Shown here piece after piece: positions 19,501 to 26,459 of a stretch of 64,000 nucleotides of DNA. The position numbers and the translations under genes are program-made. The notes beneath the pieces were generated by a model. The model was not told where the DNA came from, did not search any database, and saw only the letters and a list, made by a program, of their open reading frames with translations. Numbering within the stretch: the stretch's first letter is position 1; each line of letters starts with the position of its first letter. Origin of the DNA: an uncultured bacterium. GTDB taxonomy: Bacteria > Omnitrophota > Omnitrophia > Omnitrophales > CAZLUT01. Location of the stretch: NCBI GenBank assembly GCA_964562805.1, contig CAZLUT010000001.1, positions 32,574-96,573 on the forward strand. Reading direction: 5' to 3'.

Positions 19501-22500
19501 ATTCTCAAACCTATCCGTGCCCGGCGGCAAGAGTCTTATTAATTTGCTGAAGCAATTTGGAATTTATGAGGATGCTGATACCGGCATTCAGGTGAATGAC
19601 CTTCGCGTGAATGAAATTGTTACTAATGATGAAAAAATCAATCAAATTATCCGTAAAGAAGGCGAGTTTGCTTCCCGTGCGAAGAGCTTGGGAGAAGAAA
19701 CAAAAATTTTCGAAGATTGGCTGGAAATGTGGAGCGAGATTTATGAAAGAAAATTAACTATTAATTTTAAACCGCCTGAATTTGAAGAATCTGGATTTCT
19801 TACTTTAGAAAATAGGCTTGGTAAGATGGCCGCAGAAATTCAGTATCGTTATTCAGTTAGAGACCCGGTGGCTGGCGATCTAATAACAATAATTGATCAA
19901 AGCACAGCAACAGATTACCAGAGAAAGAGAATCATGACTTTGATGCATTTATTTTTATTAGATTATTACCCCAAAGTTCGAACTGTTGAATTTGATGGAC
20001 TTTCTGATCATGGTGAAAGTCTTGCGGAAACATTAAAGCAATTTGGAATTTATTATCCTATTGGCGATAAATTTCAAGTGGTTGGGCGTCGTTTGGATGA
20101 AATCGTTGCTTTTAACGAAAATATCAAACAAATCATCGCGAAAGAAGGTGAATTTGTTTCGCGCGGAAAAAGTTTGGGTAGAGGAATGGAGTTTGTCGAT
20201 CCTAAGTACCTCACCTTGAGCCCAGAATTAAGAAGAACAAAAGATTTTAATTTTAAACTTTTAAATGAATTATCTGAGACAGAGAGAGAAGAATTGATAC
20301 AGCTTATCATGGGATTTCTGGAGGTCAAAGGTAAGATCGGCAGAATAAAAGCCATGCGGCGATTAAGTAAATTTAAGGCCCCACGCTCCTTTGAGGTCGT
20401 GGCCTTCAAGAACAATGAAGCAGTTGGTTATACCAACGCTTATTTTACGGATCAAATTTTTATTCCTAGAGAAGTATATATTACTGATATTTATGTTAAA
20501 GAGGGCGAGGCTTATCGTAGACACCGTATTGGTACAAATCTTTTTAATATTACCAAAGAGCATGCAAGAAACATTGGAGCTCAGGAGCTTATAGTTAGCG
20601 GCATTAGACAAAAATCAGAAGCCCAAGATTTTTGGAAGAAAATAGCTGAACAAAATCCGGATACTAACATCCAATATTATGGGCCTTTAAAGAAGATTTC
20701 TCGGATCGGATTGGATTTAACAAGAAACCTCCCCTCGATACCGGATGCTGAAGGATTGCCGGCTTTTGAGAAAATCGGAGCTTATGTGAACTTTGTCATG
20801 AAATTAGTGTCTGCTATTGGGAAAATTGATCAGAAGCTAACTCTTTATTTTGAAGCGAGCCCCAAGCCGCTTCCCGAGGCATGGGTGGATTGGGCAGGAC
20901 ATACTGTAAAAGAAGATTTGAGCTCTGTAGCTACCTGGCATGATGGGTTTGATACCTTATATTCGGCCGCTGCAAGGAAGAAGGAATTTAAAGAAGATCC
21001 CCGTATTCTTAATTACGTAGACAAATATATTGATTCTTTTAAAAGTTATTTTGCCCCAATCAAGAGGCTAGCTAGGGGGCATCCTTCTGATTATACGGCT
21101 GGCCTTACAAAGAAGGGTGATGAGACAGAGCCGGTTGATCGCACGCAATTGGCACGCTATTTCGCAAGAGATCTTTTTATTAATCATCCTGATGCCGAAA
21201 GCAACTGGCAGTTTTTTCAAGCCGCGGTCAGCAGCGTTGATGAAACTCTCGTCAAATTAAAATCCGCAATCAAAGAACTTGAGGAGGAGGTAGGGGCAAG
21301 AAGCTTGGGCGAAGAGGGAGTTTTGTTTCCTTCCAAAGATTTTTCAAAATACGGGATATCCGAAACTGATTCACGTTTTAACGCTATGATGCGGCCGCAG
21401 CAGATCGCCTTTTTCATGCTAATGAAACGGATGCTTAATCTTCCACCGAGAAGCATGGGCATCTATGAAGCGTCTTTTTCTGATATTTCATCTTTGTTGC
21501 TTGCGACTAATTTAGATAATGTCATCATGGTGGACAGCACTTCTTTTCACGACCCATCAAAACGACCTGATTTTTGGAGAGATAAAAAAGATGGTTTTTT
21601 ATCAAATAAGAAAATTTTCGGCTTTCTCCCAACAGAATTTTTAAAACAATATGGTGTCTATGAGGACGTAGAGCATCCTCTTATGTGGGAACTTAGTGCT
21701 ATTGGAGCAACTAATATTCGCGTTAAAAAGTATCTTAATTATAAAAACGCGTATGTGATTAACTTTTATTGGGCATATCACAATGAGGCCCCTCGCCCTC
21801 GCAAGATAATATTTTTTGAAAATACAAATACTGCGGAAGAATCTAAAAATAGGGACCTTTTATATAAGTTTTATGGCTACTATAAGGATAAAGTGAAGGT
21901 AGCTTTTTACAGAAATTCAGAAGCAATCGCGACTTCATTTCCGTTAACAGAAGCTAAAGCGCACTTTCAAAAATTGCGAGAGATATTCCCTGGCAACACT
22001 TTATTTGTGTCTAACTTTGATTTTGCCTCTTATTACGACGGCTACAAAAACAATAATCTTTTTATGGGACCAACCCCAAGGGAAAACCTGACTTCCGTTC
22101 GAGGCTTTTTAAAAGAGTTTGATGTGCAATATGGTCTGGACCCTGAGAGGGACCCTGAAGAGCTGTATATCAGCACACCGCGTTTAATAGTTGGCCAAAG
22201 CCTTGGAGAAGAGGAGATAGTTCAGCGAGTAATGTCTAATATCGGAGAATCCGAAGAGCCTTTTTACGGCATGCTTCCCGCGTCACTTCTTGAGGAATTG
22301 GCTGAAAGCGAAGGTAAGGACGTTCTAAAACAGCAGATGGAATATTTGATCGGAAACAAGGCGAATCATATTGTTATTCTGTGGGATACAGATATTCCGC
22401 GCTTTGAAAGAAATGAGTGGCTGGATAAATTGGGACTTGGTGCGCTTGGTAGCAAAAAGAATTTTATCACAACTCCTCTAAAAGCAAAGATAGATGAAAA

Positions 22501-22813
22501 GGCGCTTCAGGATCAAATAAAAGAAACTCTAAAAATATTGCTTTCAAGAGGCGTTGAAACTCGTGCAATTGGGCTGCTAAAACCATTTGATGAGCAATTT
22601 AAAGTTGATGCCCATTCATTAAAATCCAAATCACCGCAAGCGCTTCTTCTCCTGCATTACTTAGTGCAGATTGACGGTGATCTTGCGCAAGATCTGTTAA
22701 GAATCTTTTCGATTGATCCCAAGACAGGGGATTATCTGGCAGAACTCTCGAATCATCTCGAACGCCTCTTCCAAGAAGCCCGCGCTGCAGAAGCGGTGCG
22801 TAAAGCAGCGTAG
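13583..22813 (+). CDS. Giant modular protein 2 (3076 aa), paralogous architecture: leader, 10 linker-delimited modules (helical repeats, receiver plus His-helical domain, GNAT-like, unknown), conserved C-terminal domain
   Basis: Uninterrupted 9.2-kb ORF with a TAATG overlap to protein 1. 11 intact linkers and 1 degenerate linker. N- and C-termini align with protein 1. Confidence 0.9.
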   Translation: MLSVVSKYKTFLAFIIYPLIFCFLTTTIAVASPISQIKTDTISAEKQTQERDFLEEIRQVAEELAESKEREEEIVSIGEIVEKVRGSEDQRIKAMRKEAIDRTRKVLEVTGKSWVAPSLPAVAGTEHRELSVTGKSLGRTKRHALISQAARDMPSFMKDRAKMVQRLYESIDSEEAKRILLRPDVLPVFLGIKSAYLTYDRDPLIGPLSEKVSEASEEFHDLGLVFSERYVISIDYLFDRFEKEGDFLVKEKIISKDELESFIKSGPTQETMNSIDGLLDQYHGDVPGRTILHGFLMGYPLREIIFAARSEKTWEGFVSEYGLHVVSPGTERINRLLSGWDIGTHFGYLTLSNEPDFEEMMEPSALRVFKTIEGKSLGTDEILVKLKSARRINENAREYGEMTYQEAIEVMKSLPDGLWRVEDKGELLNIFNVILATLDKAEETIFEAGGASLFYIHCTSRLEEVLGRLPQEDREAKRLELLDLVNTYINPVGEISQKAAALIKAVEGSTDRYPSSFDEPDASYDELLPKLISLVKSIHPNEDSRLDPYNIKIKALETIDAIVHSGFISDFREIIKFLLAELKKIDDPRNIRTSLVEAIAGVLISILYKQNNLKYEYGGIDQATNVNWALRRTLGAEGGRGTISLFEAFGSFGDVNKIVKRLSQNFEKATTQKQKEKALKAAVKEIDAYGEFLQNEYEISRVLDLLEFGFDKKLSKDQKLNKALHKISNVKSFREALKDLLDSVTLPDKLSNLGTGLFKVLSSIIQDFTEKALLTDDSKELKTILRNTIQKMEEYQNFLAAKVAREEGLEEEAEGKKRAPPEEEIFRAEAKSMGAAYLMVAIKSEPALAIKENFEIVLEEIHDASPRSAREALEAIPFFIKANPKLATKEVLKNILNRLFLGYWDDEPLKPDSSVYLITPNIFILRSFYAADRKLFNNELFEIVKKSADDSNKDAVDMALPFFASNMFGIDIDFETLRPLELAISEIFALIGKEVFVSEESTKHLESILISLSEQLAVTEDEVERGKIILDTFNKMLELQEFMKLQKARARGTLRAEDEKKEVSEDEIFRETPSLSAEAGAMRPAPRVTGKSLGAAYLIDAIKSEPSLAVEANFKKVLKEIQNPEHKEARKALRAIPFFIKANPKLATKKALRNILMKLFWGYWFYGKPSAVDQPIYLVKPNLYVLRSFYEADRKLFDDELYEIVKKIAHDTQRDIEDVVAAVLPFFISSMFGIDIDFETFKHLERAISQTLEILGNEVFVSEESTRHLRSIIISFSEQLAAIEDEAEQEQIVLDTFGKVLELQDFLKAKKERAKGLELGVEGKERTPPEDEIFREAPRAEAKSLGMEDEIIKVIQEALHVKIERHIRTKLIAEDDEDIQKIYKRAFEQLARDDITVLYFPHRRAAINYLRDYGDEVDLIFADRAMDDRDEIDERIKERLPLDIDDGTLLVKQARSRLNLNIPVIFISSTIYNQDELDQFGNATQLPKQYLDATTLEHLIQKLIQILPELPEPPSVEELTPAERMQAHIQYLRELFEFLGPLKKSTIKVIKKKALQSTTWYSWLSHGFQNELLSIEISMRRARARKERGQTISSDTLRNLKESYEKMERSFVIVDRLTRPYRPEYLAMLTETGSEASPIPHPKLPLYFSKAVFEDHPNEANNRKIFQATAPIIDSTLKKLGEAVDEYVREAGGAPGVTAASLGGIADIISPEEAAPLRMELEEGLIDDKARLNYPIQQILLHQDIQQKNKEIAWLIKVRADHFPILSQHVDELIRFVNDNPDWMPSNGLELLIFRLFAGHSYSDLNRESLAAFDEALPPVVRLLRNFDIKNLVKRGVTTDREIYPLKVSSYFINDASEIRKLGKTAQDIIKRAEAKSLGEETQIFEDWLKAWGDVYGEKLAINFEPAPLGGLGFFGLKDEAGEKVAGIFYSYLNENLIKIGLQSTADNYRRKRLMTLVHLFLLNYHPKVTAVEFSNLSVPGGKSLINLLKQFGIYEDADTGIQVNDLRVNEIVTNDEKINQIIRKEGEFASRAKSLGEETKIFEDWLEMWSEIYERKLTINFKPPEFEESGFLTLENRLGKMAAEIQYRYSVRDPVAGDLITIIDQSTATDYQRKRIMTLMHLFLLDYYPKVRTVEFDGLSDHGESLAETLKQFGIYYPIGDKFQVVGRRLDEIVAFNENIKQIIAKEGEFVSRGKSLGRGMEFVDPKYLTLSPELRRTKDFNFKLLNELSETEREELIQLIMGFLEVKGKIGRIKAMRRLSKFKAPRSFEVVAFKNNEAVGYTNAYFTDQIFIPREVYITDIYVKEGEAYRRHRIGTNLFNITKEHARNIGAQELIVSGIRQKSEAQDFWKKIAEQNPDTNIQYYGPLKKISRIGLDLTRNLPSIPDAEGLPAFEKIGAYVNFVMKLVSAIGKIDQKLTLYFEASPKPLPEAWVDWAGHTVKEDLSSVATWHDGFDTLYSAAARKKEFKEDPRILNYVDKYIDSFKSYFAPIKRLARGHPSDYTAGLTKKGDETEPVDRTQLARYFARDLFINHPDAESNWQFFQAAVSSVDETLVKLKSAIKELEEEVGARSLGEEGVLFPSKDFSKYGISETDSRFNAMMRPQQIAFFMLMKRMLNLPPRSMGIYEASFSDISSLLLATNLDNVIMVDSTSFHDPSKRPDFWRDKKDGFLSNKKIFGFLPTEFLKQYGVYEDVEHPLMWELSAIGATNIRVKKYLNYKNAYVINFYWAYHNEAPRPRKIIFFENTNTAEESKNRDLLYKFYGYYKDKVKVAFYRNSEAIATSFPLTEAKAHFQKLREIFPGNTLFVSNFDFASYYDGYKNNNLFMGPTPRENLTSVRGFLKEFDVQYGLDPERDPEELYISTPRLIVGQSLGEEEIVQRVMSNIGESEEPFYGMLPASLLEELAESEGKDVLKQQMEYLIGNKANHIVILWDTDIPRFERNEWLDKLGLGALGSKKNFITTPLKAKIDEKALQDQIKETLKILLSRGVETRAIGLLKPFDEQFKVDAHSLKSKSPQALLLLHYLVQIDGDLAQDLLRIFSIDPKTGDYLAELSNHLERLFQEARAAEAVRKAA

Positions 22814-22831
22814 GCGCTATACGATCGGAAT

Positions 22832-22988
22832 ACACAAATCCCAATACACAAACTACAAGCAAATTAAAATACAGAAATTAAAAATTCGAAACAGAGAGGA
22901 ATTTTTGTAAAGACTTTTACGGTTTTAAATTTCTTATTTGTTTATTTTAATTTGTTTGTAATTTGGAATTTGTATATTGGAATTTGTT
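22832..22988. repeat. Imperfect ~60-bp inverted repeat of degenerate heptamers with no enclosed gene
   Basis: acaaatcccaatacacaaactacaagcaaattaaaata pairs with tattttaatttgtttgtaatttggaatttgtatattggaatttgt. Confidence 0.7.
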
Positions 22989-23035
22989 TATGAATTGCAT
23001 GTTGGCATTTAAGAAACATTTGATAGAATTTGCTC

Positions 23036-24130
23036 ATGGGATTCAAATGCGGAATAGTCGGCTTACCAAATGTCGGCAAATCAACTCTTTTTAACGCAAT
23101 GACTCGGGCAGGCGCCGAGATTGCGAATTATCCTTTTTGTACTATCGATAAAAATGTAGGCATCGTACCTGTTCCCGATGAAAGACTCACACGCTTAGCC
23201 GAAATATATCAGCCCAAAAAAATTACACCTACTATCATCGAAGTGGTTGATATTGCAGGTCTTGTAAAGGGTGCTTCTGAGGGTGCTGGGTTAGGAAATC
23301 AGTTTTTAGGAAACATTCGTGAAGTGGACGCAATATTTCATGTCGTAAGATGTTTTGAAGATCCGGATGTGGTTCACTCCTCAGGCAAGGTTGATCCGAT
23401 TGATGATATCGGGATTATTAATACCGAACTTTGCCTCAAAGATATGGAGACCCTTACCAAAAGAACTGACAAAACAGGAAAACTTGCAAGAAGCGGCGAT
23501 AAAGAAAGTTCGGCTCAAATGGAAGTGTTCGAAAAGGTCAAAAAAGGCTTAGAGGATGGCATCCCGGTAAGACTTCTTAATTTAACAAAAGAAGAAAAAG
23601 AAAAAATCAAAGAACTCTCGCTTTTAACATCAAAACCTGTTCTTTACTGCTGTAATGTAAGCGATACTGATCTTCCCGAAGGTGGCGAGCTAGTTAGTAA
23701 GGTTAAAGAATACGCGGCTAAAGAAAATTCAGGGGTAGCTGTTATTTCAGCCAAAATTGAAGCTGAAATCGTTGAACTAACGGAAGAAGAAAAGAAGGAA
23801 TATCTGAAATCTTTTAATTTAAAAGAATCAGGCCTCGACCATATGGCGCGCGAAGGATATAAGCTTTTGGAACTCATTACTTTTCTTACGGGCGGTCCGA
23901 CTGAAGTCCGTGCTTGGACGGTGCATAAAGGCGCCACGGCTCCGCAGGCTGCCGGAGTTATTCATTCGGATTTTGAGCGGGGATTTATCAGAGCCGAAAC
24001 CATGAAATTTGAAGATTTGGATAAACTGGGCAGCGAGCCTGCCGTTAAAGAAAAAGGCTCCTATCGAACCGAAGGCAAAGAGTACATTATTCAGGACGGA
24101 GACGTGGTGTTTTTTAGATTCAACGTTTAA
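23036..24130 (+). CDS. ychF: Redox-regulated ATPase / Obg-family YchF
   Basis: GIVGLPNVGKST, ANYPFCTI, DIAGLVKGAS.G.GLGNQFL, C-terminal TGS domain ending FRFNV. ATG at 23036. Confidence 0.98.
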   Translation: MGFKCGIVGLPNVGKSTLFNAMTRAGAEIANYPFCTIDKNVGIVPVPDERLTRLAEIYQPKKITPTIIEVVDIAGLVKGASEGAGLGNQFLGNIREVDAIFHVVRCFEDPDVVHSSGKVDPIDDIGIINTELCLKDMETLTKRTDKTGKLARSGDKESSAQMEVFEKVKKGLEDGIPVRLLNLTKEEKEKIKELSLLTSKPVLYCCNVSDTDLPEGGELVSKVKEYAAKENSGVAVISAKIEAEIVELTEEEKKEYLKSFNLKESGLDHMAREGYKLLELITFLTGGPTEVRAWTVHKGATAPQAAGVIHSDFERGFIRAETMKFEDLDKLGSEPAVKEKGSYRTEGKEYIIQDGDVVFFRFNV

Positions 24131-24153
24131 CTTAGATAACAGGTAACAATATC

Positions 24154-25026
24154 ATGATAATTTTTTGGATTATTTTCTCCCTCATTATTCTTTTCACTCT
24201 GGCTATTATTTATGGCGTTTTCATTGAACCTAAGTGGTTTTTTCTTTCCCGTTACAATATAAAAGTTGATAAACCTTTGCCGCAACCTTTAAAAATTCTT
24301 CATTTATCCGACACGCATTTTCATCCTAAAAACCGGCATATTGATAAAATGTTTGATAAGCTGGAAAAACTTAAAGATGAAATCGATATTGTTTTTTTAA
24401 CGGGAGATATCATCGATAATGATAACGGCATTGAATTAGCCAAAGCGCAATTGAGCCGGCTTAAGCCCAATTGCGGAATTTATGCTGTTTTGGGCAACCA
24501 CGATCATTTCTGGTACGGCTATCGGGAACTTTTAAGGCTATTTTTTTGGCTTCAGACACCAAAAGCTAAAAATGATATCAAACGTTTAAAAACAACTTTA
24601 GAATTAATTGGCTGTCATATTTTGGTGAACGAAGTTCGAACAGTTTCTTTTTACGGAACTAATATTCTAATCGCGGGTTTGGATGATCCGGTAACAAGAC
24701 AAGATAATCCGGAGAATATAGCGCCCTCAGAAGACCCTAAGCAGCTAAGAGTATTGCTGGTTCATTTATTGGATGCATTTCATAAAGTTATTAATCATCA
24801 TTACGACTTAGCCTTTTCAGGCCATACCCACGGTGGGCAAGTCCGAATTCCTTTCTTAGGGCCGGTTGTTACGCATTCAAAATTACATCGGAAATTTACC
24901 TCGGGCCTTAACCGAATTAATGGCACTCAGATTTTTACTTCCAGAGGAATCGGAACCAGTCCGCAGGCCCGATCTCGGCTTTTTTGTCATCCCGAAGCAA
25001 CTATTATTACTGTTCAAGGGAACTAA
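24154..25026 (+). CDS. Membrane-anchored metallophosphoesterase (YkuE/YaeI-like)
   Basis: LSDTH, TGD, GNHD, SGHTHGGQ, SRGIG motifs and an N-terminal TM helix. Confidence 0.92.
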   Translation: MIIFWIIFSLIILFTLAIIYGVFIEPKWFFLSRYNIKVDKPLPQPLKILHLSDTHFHPKNRHIDKMFDKLEKLKDEIDIVFLTGDIIDNDNGIELAKAQLSRLKPNCGIYAVLGNHDHFWYGYRELLRLFFWLQTPKAKNDIKRLKTTLELIGCHILVNEVRTVSFYGTNILIAGLDDPVTRQDNPENIAPSEDPKQLRVLLVHLLDAFHKVINHHYDLAFSGHTHGGQVRIPFLGPVVTHSKLHRKFTSGLNRINGTQIFTSRGIGTSPQARSRLFCHPEATIITVQGN

Positions 25027-25050
25027 CGGTTAAATAAGGAGAAGAAAAAG

Positions 25051-25428
25051 ATGAAAAGAATGCTTCCATTATTACTATTGCCGCTTTTACTATCTCTTTC
25101 CGGCTGCATACTTTTAATAGCAGGGGGAGCCGCAACAGGGGGGTATGCTTTAAGCACTGATTCAGCGGAAGGTATTATTGATTCACCCTATGATGAGGTT
25201 TGGGAAGCTGCTGTAACGGTTTTTGAAGACGATGGTATTATTGAGCTTCAAGATGAAAAGCACGGCCGTTTGGAGGCTGAGGTTGACTCAATTGATATGA
25301 AAGTTCAAATAGACGCGATTGGGAAGGAAAGCACTAAGCTCAAAGTAACAGCGCGAAAATACATGATGCCCAAGGCAAAACAGGCCGAAAAAGAGTTTGT
25401 CAGGATTTCTGAGCTCTTAAAAAAATAA
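25051..25428 (+). CDS. Small lipoprotein (DUF3568-like)
   Basis: Lipobox LSGC followed by AGGAATGGY. RBS aaggag upstream. Confidence 0.75.
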   Translation: MKRMLPLLLLPLLLSLSGCILLIAGGAATGGYALSTDSAEGIIDSPYDEVWEAAVTVFEDDGIIELQDEKHGRLEAEVDSIDMKVQIDAIGKESTKLKVTARKYMMPKAKQAEKEFVRISELLKK

Positions 25429-25529
25429 TGCTTAATATTCAATTGACTCTGGCCGATATGTTCTGTAACCTTTTCTGTAAGGTTACGGAGTAATATTTTT
25501 TGTTTAACAGAATAAAGAGGAGGAAATTC

Positions 25530-25871
25530 ATGAAGAAGGTTTTAGCACTGGTTGCGGTAGTGGCGCTAGTTTTTGCAGTCGCTCCTGCATTTGCCCAGGT
25601 TCCAGAACCTGTTGTTAACGAAGATCCGACATTAGAATCCTATGGATCTAAGTCTGCTTCTAAGCTTGCTTATGGTGCTTCTAATGCTCTTTTGGGCTGG
25701 ACTCAACCATTCCAAGATTTTCGTAACAATGACGGCGCCAAAGGCCCAATCCAAGTTTGGGTTGAAGGTATTGGAAATGGTATCGTTCGCACAGCCGCTG
25801 GTGTTGCTCAAGTTTTGACATCAGTTGTTCCTAGTGTTGAATGGGAAGGTAACGCTGAACAAACCGTATAA
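25530..25871 (+). CDS. Small exported protein resembling the TIGR04073 (exosortase-associated) family
   Basis: RBS gaggagg before ATG 25530. Signal peptide ending AFA. KLAYGASNALLGW and GIVRTAAGV pattern. Confidence 0.6.
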   Translation: MKKVLALVAVVALVFAVAPAFAQVPEPVVNEDPTLESYGSKSASKLAYGASNALLGWTQPFQDFRNNDGAKGPIQVWVEGIGNGIVRTAAGVAQVLTSVVPSVEWEGNAEQTV

Positions 25872-25888
25872 TTTCTAGCTTTGTTTAT

Positions 25889-25924
25889 AAAAACCCCTGT
25901 CCTTCGGGACAGGGGTTTTTTTTT
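25889..25924 (+). terminator. Rho-independent terminator (potentially bidirectional)
   Basis: aaaaa-cccctgtcc-ttcg-ggacagggg-ttttttttt: perfect 9-bp stem, UUCG loop, U-tract. Confidence 0.95.
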
Positions 25925-26010
25925 GACTTTTCTGCTTATTAACCACTATTCACTAACCACTAACCACTAGTTCTTGACTCTCCCCCCACTCATCCATAAA
26001 CTTCTTATCT

Positions 26011-26427
26011 ATGAAAGTTCAAATCTATACAGATGGCGGGGCTCGCGGCAATCCGGGACCTGCGGCTTGGGGCTATCTTATTGTAGGGCCAAAAGGTGAA
26101 CTCGACCGGAGGGCGGGTTTTATTGGGGCCAACACCAATAATGTAGCCGAATATACCGGGATTATAGAAGCCTTCCAGAGAGCTAGGGAGCTTAAAGTAA
26201 ACGAGGTAGATCTTTTTACCGATAGCCAGCTTGCTTGCCGGCAGCTGTTGGGTGAATATAGGGTAAAACAGCCTCATTTAAAGCTTTTGTTTGAAAAAGT
26301 ACGTATTTTAGCGACTCATTTTAATAAAGTGACATATGCGCACGTTCCGAGGGAAAACGCTAATATACAAATCGCGGACGGACTGGTTAATGAAGCGCTA
26401 GATGAACAAACGGGGGGTATGGTCTAA
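26011..26427 (+). CDS. rnhA: Ribonuclease HI family protein
   Basis: YTDGGARGNPGPA, TNNVAEY, DSQL, HVPRE.N..AD. Confidence 0.93.
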   Translation: MKVQIYTDGGARGNPGPAAWGYLIVGPKGELDRRAGFIGANTNNVAEYTGIIEAFQRARELKVNEVDLFTDSQLACRQLLGEYRVKQPHLKLLFEKVRILATHFNKVTYAHVPRENANIQIADGLVNEALDEQTGGMV

Positions 26428-26459
26428 GTTCTCAGATCTTAGATCTAAAATCTATTTTT

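Noticed and set aside
19520-19545. PGGKSLINLL as an extra linker (also IKSLAEK near 11130)
   Set aside because: Lacks the invariant final Gly and lies inside a module; the duplicate module has HGESLAETL at the same place.
5628-22207. GKSLG read as a Walker A (GKS) or a lipase nucleophile elbow (GxSxG)
   Set aside because: No upstream GxxxxGK spacing and no surrounding P-loop or alpha/beta-hydrolase context. Many copies start with Ala, and they lie between domains; two are only 28 aa apart.
5355-22813. Giant ORFs as NRPS/PKS, RTX/MARTX, Rhs, adhesin or intein-containing proteins
   Set aside because: No A/C/KS/carrier motifs, GGxGxD nonapeptides, YD repeats, Ig/cadherin repeats or intein C-terminal HN-C/S/T motifs were seen.
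5156-23035. Giant-gene locus as a mobile genomic island
   Set aside because: No integrase, transposase, tRNA target or flanking direct repeat was seen, and composition looks similar to the neighbours by eye.
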